Assembly (NCBI GenBank): GCA_041660065.1
Contig: JBAZXC010000001.1
Span: 72,535 to 136,534, forward strand
Length of the DNA: 64,000 nucleotides
Reading direction: 5' to 3'
Source: Parcubacteria group bacterium
GTDB lineage: Bacteria; Patescibacteriota; Minisyncoccia; Moranbacterales; GCA-2747515
Both the position numbers and the translations under genes were made by a program. Under the pieces are notes generated by a model. The model did no database searches, was not told where the DNA came from, and saw only the letters and a list, made by a program, of their open reading frames with translations. Below are positions 57,972-64,000 of the stretch, piece after piece; position 1 is the first letter of the stretch, and every line of letters begins with the position of its first letter.

Positions 57972-59723
57972 TTATTGTGATTGTAGTTTTGTGATGAAAT
58001 CATCCACGCTGGTTGTTCCTTCGTCATCATTTTCTCGTGAACGGATGGATACGGTTTTATCAGCGACTTCTTTTTCGCCAACGACAAGGATATAAGGCAC
58101 TTTCTCTTTTTGTGCAACGCGCACGCGTTTGCCGAGTGTTTCGGATTGGTCATACAGTTCTACGCGAAAATCGTCTTGCATCAATCGATCACACACCTCT
58201 TTGCCATAGTCATTGAATTTGTCCGATACGGGGATGACAACAATTTGTACAGGAGAGAGCCAGAGGGGAAATGCGCCGGCAAAGTGTTCGATGATCACCG
58301 AGAGAAAGCGTTCCAATGAACCGGCGATTGCGCGGTGGAGCATGACGGGGGTTTGTTTGGCGTTTGTTTCGTCGGTATATTCCAATCCAAATCGCTCCGG
58401 CATCACGAAGTCGAGTTGTGCTGTTGCCAATTGCCACTCGCGTCCGATCGCATCACGGAACATGAAGTCTAATTTCGGTCCGTAAAATGCGGCTTCACCT
58501 TCTACACGTTTGTAAGGGAGGTTTTCTTTTTTAGCGATGTCTTCCAATGTTTTCTCCGCTTTGTCCCATTTGGCGGGGTCGCCGAGATATTTTTCCGGTG
58601 TCTTGGGATTGCGCACGGAAACAGAAACCCAATAATCACCCTCATTGAACATGTTGAGCGATGTGTAGAAATCCTTGATCACTGAGACGATGCCACCGAC
58701 CTCTGTTTCGATCTGAGCGGGTGTGCAAAATACGTGTCCATCGTCCTGAGAGATCGAGCGTACGCGCGAAAGTCCCAAGAGTTCTCCCGCTTGTTCATCG
58801 CGATATACCATAGTCGTTTCCATATAACGCACCGGTAAGTCGCGGTACGAGCGTTGGTGTGATGCATAGATCTGTGTGTGATGGGGGCAGTTCATCGGTT
58901 TCATCACAAACTCTTGATCGGACTGACCTTTGACTTTGAATAATTCATCGCCAAACTTTGCCCAATGTCCTGATTTTTCGTAGAGATCTTTTTTGGTGAT
59001 GTGAGGGATCGTGACTTTTTGATAACCGAATTTTTTCTGGAGGTTTTGGATCTTTTCGACGATCAGATCGCGCAGAAGTGTGCCTTTTGGTGTGAAGAGA
59101 GGAAGTCCGCCACCGACAAGTTCGGAGAATGTAAAGAGATCCAGCTCTTTGCCGAGTTTGCGGTGATCGCGTCGCTTTGCTTCCTCGATGCGCGCAAGGT
59201 AGATATCTAATTCTTCTTTGGTGTCAAAGAGTACACCGTAAATACGCGTAAGCTGTTCGCGCTTCTCGTCGCTTTTCCAGTATGCGCCGGCCAGACGTGT
59301 GATCTTGAGTGCAGATGCGTCGATCTCTTTGCTGTTTTCCACGTGTGGGCCACGGCAGAGGTCGGCAAAATCTTTGGATGTATATACTGAAACGATTGCT
59401 TCACCACTAGTTGCGAGATCGTCAATGAGCTCCAATTTGTATTTTTGATCCTTGAATTGACCTTTTGCTTCGGCGATAGAAATTTCTGATCGCTCAAACG
59501 GGATATTGTGACTGATCATTTTTTTCATGCGCTTCTCGATCTGTTTGAGGTCAGCCTCCGTGATCGGTTGTGCGGTTTCGATATCATAATAAAATCCGTC
59601 ATCGACAATCGGTCCGATACCAAAGAGTGCATCGGGTCGGATCTCTCGCACAGCCATTGCGAGGAGATGGGCGGCGGAATGGCGTTTTTTATTTAGCTCT
59701 TCTGATGGGTTGTGTGAACACAT
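57972..59723 (-). CDS. thrS: threonine--tRNA ligase
   Basis: Class II ThrRS catalytic and anticodon-binding domains (e.g. FMFRDAIGREWQLATAQLDF); lacks a long N-terminal TGS region. Confidence 0.9.
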   Translation of the reverse strand: MCSHNPSEELNKKRHSAAHLLAMAVREIRPDALFGIGPIVDDGFYYDIETAQPITEADLKQIEKRMKKMISHNIPFERSEISIAEAKGQFKDQKYKLELIDDLATSGEAIVSVYTSKDFADLCRGPHVENSKEIDASALKITRLAGAYWKSDEKREQLTRIYGVLFDTKEELDIYLARIEEAKRRDHRKLGKELDLFTFSELVGGGLPLFTPKGTLLRDLIVEKIQNLQKKFGYQKVTIPHITKKDLYEKSGHWAKFGDELFKVKGQSDQEFVMKPMNCPHHTQIYASHQRSYRDLPVRYMETTMVYRDEQAGELLGLSRVRSISQDDGHVFCTPAQIETEVGGIVSVIKDFYTSLNMFNEGDYWVSVSVRNPKTPEKYLGDPAKWDKAEKTLEDIAKKENLPYKRVEGEAAFYGPKLDFMFRDAIGREWQLATAQLDFVMPERFGLEYTDETNAKQTPVMLHRAIAGSLERFLSVIIEHFAGAFPLWLSPVQIVVIPVSDKFNDYGKEVCDRLMQDDFRVELYDQSETLGKRVRVAQKEKVPYILVVGEKEVADKTVSIRSRENDDEGTTSVDDFITKLQSQ

Positions 59724-59800
59724 ATGTTTTTTAATTAGTCCTGTCGCTCACGAGCGACGGGATGATTGGTTAATAATTAATAATGAATTTATTGATTTAA

Positions 59801-59828
59801 TGTCATTCCCGTGCAGACGGGAATCTAG
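59801..59828. repeat. REP-like palindromic element copy 5
   Basis: TGTCATTCCCGTGCAGACGGGAATCTAG. Confidence 0.6.
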
Positions 59829-59846
59829 TCAATAAAATATGTTGTG

Positions 59847-59876
59847 CTGGATTCCCGCCTATGCGGGAATGACAGC
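59847..59876. repeat. REP-like palindromic element copy 6 (inverted; 18 bp from copy 5)
   Basis: CTGGATTCCCGCCTATGCGGGAATGACAGC. Confidence 0.6.
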
Positions 59877-59954
59877 TATGAGATATTTTTGCAGTGCTGC
59901 CTTGATCTTGCCGAGAGGTATTCGTTTTTGTTGAGGAGAGATCCACCCGAGGCG

Positions 59955-59974
59955 CCTGCCTGCCGGTAGGCAGG
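59955..59974. repeat. stand-alone copy of inner palindrome CCTGCCTGCCGGTAGGCAGG
   Basis: Identical 20-mer to the inserts in REP copies 2 and 4. Confidence 0.5.
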
Positions 59975-60218
59975 GATTAATTTTTCTTTTAGAAAAATTA
60001 AAAAGCGTCAACAACAAATACTGCAAACTTTGTACTGAGACCCTTCTTTGGAGAGGGGCGGTTCCACTCAGTTTCCCGTTTTTGTTGTGGGCGCTCTTTG
60101 GATCGTGCATCTCACGTGTACACGTCATTACGCAGACTCCATAGTTTGGTAGGCTATATCATCATCTGTATGAAATTGTACTTGTATTGTGGCATGAAAA
60201 ATGGCAGGATGTCAAGCA

Positions 60219-60247
60219 TTGACAAAATACAAATCGTATGCTATAAT
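60219..60247 (+). promoter_or_regulatory. consensus sigma70-type promoter (TTGACA-17-TATAAT)
   Basis: TTGACA at 60219-60224, 17-nt spacer, TATAAT at 60242-60247; AAAGGAGA RBS before the ATG at 60319. Confidence 0.6.
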
Positions 60248-60318
60248 GTACGGTTGTTATTTTTTGTTCGTTTTATCATCAAAAAAGCGCATATTGCGCA
60301 CAAAAAAGGAGAAATGGT

Positions 60319-60879
60319 ATGAATACTGTTGCGAGAAGTTTGTCAGATTTGGGTTTGGCCATTGCTTCATATGATCCGTCTCACAGGGCACCAAAAGTCC
60401 GGCGACCGAAAAAAGAGAAAAAGAGGATCGTCGTCATGCAGAAAGTCAGTGAAACGAAAGGCGGGTCACAGACTACCGATGAAAAAGTCGTAAAACCTGT
60501 AGCTCCTCGGTACACATCCATCACGACAGAAACCGGCGTAAAAATCCGGGTGCCAAAAAAGAATGGTCTGGAGTATAAGGAAGAGTATTTCTTAAGCGGA
60601 AGGTGCATTGAAGCGCACTATCATCATGTGTGTGGACTCGACAAGAAAGGCGTTCTCAATAGATTCTTTTATGGGATCAAAGAAGAGCATTTTGGTAAAA
60701 ATATTATTACCACAGTTGTCGTTGTGGAAAAAACAATGCCGGACGGTCATGTGTTCACGATGACTAATATCTACAACACGCCGGAGGCTGTGAAAAAAAG
60801 TACGTTCACCATGCCAATCGGAGGTGACAAGGGCATAAAGATCATCCAGTCACAGTCGCAACACATCGTATTTGCGTAA
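60319..60879 (+). CDS. hypothetical protein (basic disordered N-terminus + ~120-aa C-terminal domain)
   Basis: Good promoter, RBS and terminator; no recognisable family. Confidence 0.45.
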   Translation: MNTVARSLSDLGLAIASYDPSHRAPKVRRPKKEKKRIVVMQKVSETKGGSQTTDEKVVKPVAPRYTSITTETGVKIRVPKKNGLEYKEEYFLSGRCIEAHYHHVCGLDKKGVLNRFFYGIKEEHFGKNIITTVVVVEKTMPDGHVFTMTNIYNTPEAVKKSTFTMPIGGDKGIKIIQSQSQHIVFA

Positions 60880-60894
60880 CCGATGTCAGTCTCC

Positions 60895-60932
60895 ACAGGA
60901 AAGCAAAATGCTTTCTTGTGGGGATTTTTTAT
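60895..60932 (+). terminator. rho-independent terminator
   Basis: CCACAGGAAAGC-AAAAT-GCTTTCTTGTGG + T-run. Confidence 0.5.
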
Positions 60933-61056
60933 TTCATTGTGGTTACAGATGTATTAATATTGACTTTGTGGTGTATATTATGATACGATGATCTGTCGTT
61001 GGGAATATGTGATAGTCACTTAGTTTGTTAACAAATAGGAGAGGAGAAGTAAAACA

Positions 61057-61773
61057 ATGGCCAAAAAAATGACAGGGGAAGTGGTAAGGAAGCGGTATCA
61101 GGGTCGACTGGAAAAAACTGCGAAATATGTCGCGAAACTGATTTGCAACGAAATTGATAAAAAAATAAATGCTTATAGCAGTCAAGATGCGAGTCAGCAT
61201 GCAAAGTTTAGCGTTTTTATCGACAAAATAACCAGTGGCAATAAGTATAAATTACCGCAAGGGATGTTGGAATGGCGGTTTGCAAGTCCTATAAACTCTT
61301 GCAATTACCAGCCTCTGGTTGATCGGATTGTCGAACACATACGTGCGTATTACGCTGATTGGTCGAGAGTAGAACTGAATGGTTTTAAAGATAAGTTGAG
61401 AGAGGCATATATCGTTTTGGATGCCGGCTTCAAAGTGTCGACCGAGATCCGTCATCCGTGTGATCTTGATAATATCTTTCGAGATCGCAGAAGAGAAATG
61501 GTGCTGTATTTTGTCAATGGTATCCGTGCGGAGATCGAAAAGAGATACGGAAAGCAGTCTTCGTGCCAACAGATCTTTACTGATGATATGATATATCAAT
61601 CAGACCTATCGCTTGATATGAAGGAGGCACAGGAACTCTTCCAGGATGTACGGCGTGTATTATTGGATGATAAATGGCAGATTGACCTCTATCCAAAACC
61701 GGACAATGTTGCTCAAGAAATGTTGTTTGCAAATAAGAAATATGCATTTTGTATCACTGCATTTAAGTTGTAA
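61057..61773 (+). CDS. hypothetical protein (238 aa)
   Basis: Strong RBS (AGGAGAGGAG) and terminator; no recognisable family. Confidence 0.5.
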   Translation: MAKKMTGEVVRKRYQGRLEKTAKYVAKLICNEIDKKINAYSSQDASQHAKFSVFIDKITSGNKYKLPQGMLEWRFASPINSCNYQPLVDRIVEHIRAYYADWSRVELNGFKDKLREAYIVLDAGFKVSTEIRHPCDLDNIFRDRRREMVLYFVNGIRAEIEKRYGKQSSCQQIFTDDMIYQSDLSLDMKEAQELFQDVRRVLLDDKWQIDLYPKPDNVAQEMLFANKKYAFCITAFKL

Positions 61774-61787
61774 ACAACAGACGACAC

Positions 61788-61827
61788 AGCCGCCACAGCT
61801 TAGGTAAAAGCAGTGGCGGTTTTTTTT
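61788..61827. terminator. bidirectional terminator (convergent with dnaE)
   Basis: CCGCCAC-N-GTGGCGG + T8. Confidence 0.55.
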
Positions 61828-64000
61828 ATTCCTGCGTAATTGCTGACGCGTCAACGATCGTGCACAGTTTTGCTTTGCATGCGTCGGTAAATGTGATGAT
61901 ATAGGATGTGCGCATTTTTTGTCCGTTGTGGATGAGAAATACATGAGCATTGCCACTCTCGCAGGTATCGAGAATTTCTTTGATCTGCGCGATGGTCTCG
62001 TAGGTGCTGTTGTCGGGGAGGGTGATAAATAATTTGGTTTTGGTGAGAAGGGTATTTTTTTCTTCCTTCTTTTTTGTGATGCTTTCTTTTGTGTCACCGT
62101 ATTTTTTGCGGGTACTCATGATGCTTTTTGCGTAGTCATTTTTTTCCGGTACGATCTCTTCGATCTCGTTGGCGATAAATTTGAGTTCATCGTCTTTGTC
62201 GGAAAGATTTCCTTTCATCACAACAGCCTTGCCTTCTACGAGGAGGTCTTTGTGTTCTTCCAGCATCTTGGGAAAAATCAGACATTCCGTTGTGCTTTTG
62301 CCGTCTTCGAGTGTGACAAATGCCATATTTTTTCCACTTTTTGTCAGGATGATTTTGATCGCGATGATGATGCCACCGATCGAGATCATTTTATTTGCTT
62401 TGTCTTTTTTGAGATCATTGAGTGGTGTACACATATAGTCGAGGAAATCGCGGTATTCGTTGGATGGGTGATCGGAGATGTATAGACCGATGAGTTGTTT
62501 CTCCCATGCGAGGTGTTGTCTTTTGCCGGAGTCGATGCCTTTTTTGAGTTTGATCTCTGCGCGCGAGAGGAGTTCGGTGCCAAAAAGGGAATGCTGATTG
62601 GTCTGTGTGCTGGAACGCAAGTCTTTGACAAATGCGAGAATGGTGTCCATGGTAGCAAGGATATCATCGCGTGATGCAAAACTGTCGAACGCGCCAACCA
62701 TCGCCAGAGCGTCAAGTGATTTTTTGTTGAGATCGCGGATGGTAATGCGTGTGCAGAGGTCGGAGAGATCTCTATATTTTCCACCGCGTTTGCGCTCTTC
62801 GACAATTTCGCGCGCAACAGGACGTCCGACGTTTTTGATCGCATTGAGTCCGAAGCGGATGCGCGGATTTTTCTTTTTTATGTCGGCGGGATCATAGATC
62901 ACGGCAAACTCCTGGAAACTTTCATTGATATCGGGTGGAAGGACGGTAATGCCCATATCGCGACACTCGGCGGCCTCGATCGCGATGCGGTCGGTGTTGC
63001 CTTGGTCGGATGTCATGAGCGCGGCCATGAATTCTGCTGGATAGTGCGCTTTGAGATAGGCGGTCTGATAACCGATGAGACCATAGCACGCCGCATGCGA
63101 ACGATTGAATCCATAACCGGCGAATGGTTCGATGAACGCAAAGACTTTTTCTGCGATCTCTTTTTTCACACCATGAGCAACACATCCTTCGACAAATTTG
63201 ATCTTTTGCTCTTTGATGAGTTTGATGATCTTTTTGCCCATCGCCTTGCGCAAGATGTCCGCTTCTCCCAGTGTGAATCCTGCCAAATCCTGTGCGATAC
63301 GCATGACTTGTTCTTGATAGACGGCAACGCCATAGGTGTCAGCGAGGATCGCTTCCAGCTTGGGGTGGAGATAGGTTACTTTTTTCTTGCCGTGCTTGCC
63401 ATCGACGAAATCAGGGATCCATTCCATCGGTCCCGGACGATAGAGAGCAACCATTGCGATAATATCTTCCAATACAGTTGGCTTGAGTGCTTTGAGATAG
63501 CGTTTCATGCCACTGGATTCCAATTGAAATACGCCGGTGGTATGCGCGCTTTGTAAGAGTTTGTATGTTTTAACATCGTCAAGAGGGATTTGCTCGATGT
63601 CGATCTTGCGTCCGTGGATCTTTTTGACAATGCGGAGGGTGTTTTGGATGATCGTAAGGTTTTTGAGTCCCAAGAAGTCCATTTTGAGTAGCCCGATCTT
63701 TTCGACGGCGGAGAATTTGGTGCTGGATGCATATTGCGTCACTGTTGCTTCATCATCACCGGAGACGCGTTGCATTGCGGTGTATTCTACAACGGGTTTG
63801 TCTGTGATCACAACGCCGCATGCATGTACGGAAGAGTGACGGCACAAACCCTCCAAGCGTCTGGCGGTATCAATGAGGTCGCGTGCATCGGAATTTTCCT
63901 TATGGAGACGCTTGAAATCCGGTACTTCTGCCAGTGCTTTGTCAATCGATGTAAGCTCGGGGATGAGTTTTGCCACTTGATCGCAAAAATTATATGGATA
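61826..64000 (-). CDS. dnaE: DNA polymerase III alpha subunit, C-terminal ~720 aa (5'-partial; start beyond window end)
   Basis: DnaE palm/fingers/OB-fold regions (e.g. GLLKMDFLGL, FNRSHAACYG); ORF runs to the window edge. Confidence 0.85.
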   Translation of the reverse strand, partial: YPYNFCDQVAKLIPELTSIDKALAEVPDFKRLHKENSDARDLIDTARRLEGLCRHSSVHACGVVITDKPVVEYTAMQRVSGDDEATVTQYASSTKFSAVEKIGLLKMDFLGLKNLTIIQNTLRIVKKIHGRKIDIEQIPLDDVKTYKLLQSAHTTGVFQLESSGMKRYLKALKPTVLEDIIAMVALYRPGPMEWIPDFVDGKHGKKKVTYLHPKLEAILADTYGVAVYQEQVMRIAQDLAGFTLGEADILRKAMGKKIIKLIKEQKIKFVEGCVAHGVKKEIAEKVFAFIEPFAGYGFNRSHAACYGLIGYQTAYLKAHYPAEFMAALMTSDQGNTDRIAIEAAECRDMGITVLPPDINESFQEFAVIYDPADIKKKNPRIRFGLNAIKNVGRPVAREIVEERKRGGKYRDLSDLCTRITIRDLNKKSLDALAMVGAFDSFASRDDILATMDTILAFVKDLRSSTQTNQHSLFGTELLSRAEIKLKKGIDSGKRQHLAWEKQLIGLYISDHPSNEYRDFLDYMCTPLNDLKKDKANKMISIGGIIIAIKIILTKSGKNMAFVTLEDGKSTTECLIFPKMLEEHKDLLVEGKAVVMKGNLSDKDDELKFIANEIEEIVPEKNDYAKSIMSTRKKYGDTKESITKKKEEKNTLLTKTKLFITLPDNSTYETIAQIKEILDTCESGNAHVFLIHNGQKMRTSYIITFTDACKAKLCTIVDASAITQE

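Noticed and set aside
59801-59974. Neisseria dRS3 (ATTCCC-N8-GGGAAT) identity of the palindromes
   Set aside because: The pattern matches, but gene content, GC and organisation are unlike Neisseria. Regarded as a coincidental short palindrome.
59975-60200. tRNA or other structured RNA in the thrS-upstream spacer (GAGAGGGGCGGTTCCACTC region)
   Set aside because: No cloverleaf could be built by eye: no acceptor-stem/T-arm (GTTCRANYC) pairing. Left as unassigned spacer. A tRNAscan/Infernal run would settle it.

Overview
Compact, gene-dense bacterial window with overlapping start/stop junctions. GC looks mid-40s % by eye (not computed). Gene content suggests a reduced-genome organism, possibly a Patescibacteria/CPR-like lineage (inference): DUF4012, many glycosyltransferases, abundant nucleotide-sanitising enzymes, FtsZ with a long C-terminal tail.

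Recognisable housekeeping genes: ddl, murF, rtcB, groES (with a CIRCE operator), lepB, hisS, rpsU, ybeY, dgkA, ftsA, ftsZ, prmC/hemK, rpmF, nusB, rnc, fmt, def, thyX-like, gatB, miaA, thrS, and a 5'-truncated dnaE at the window end.

Accessory content:
1. A ~15 kb cell-surface glycopolymer locus (18.4-34.0 kb) with five GT1, two GT2, an O-antigen-ligase-like protein, LCP and CtpA; a MOP-family flippase lies separately at ~5-6.4 kb.
2. A nucleotide house-cleaning/salvage island (6.4-11.9 kb: Tmk-like, NUDIX x2, HD, P-loop kinase, DUF523/TudS-like, HIT, TsaC, MazG-like), echoed at 52-54 kb (ThyX-like, frameshifted NUDIX, MazG-like).
3. Several repeat systems not explained by the gene models:
- a family of nested palindromic REP-like elements (ATTCCCG-N6-CGGGAAT, some carrying an inner CCTGCCTGCCGGTAGGCAGG palindrome);
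- a GIY-YIG nuclease gene between inverted REP copies, bounded by a ~110-bp direct duplication that includes the last codons of gatB;
- a nitrilase-family gene bounded by ~85-bp direct repeats containing a terminator hairpin;
- a 16-17-bp degenerate tandem array;
- a 43-codon Lys/Ala-rich ORF built from 24-nt repeats, absent from the ORF track;
- a promoter-to-terminator unit with a long closing stem that looks like a small structured RNA.

No rRNA, tRNA or CRISPR array could be identified by eye.
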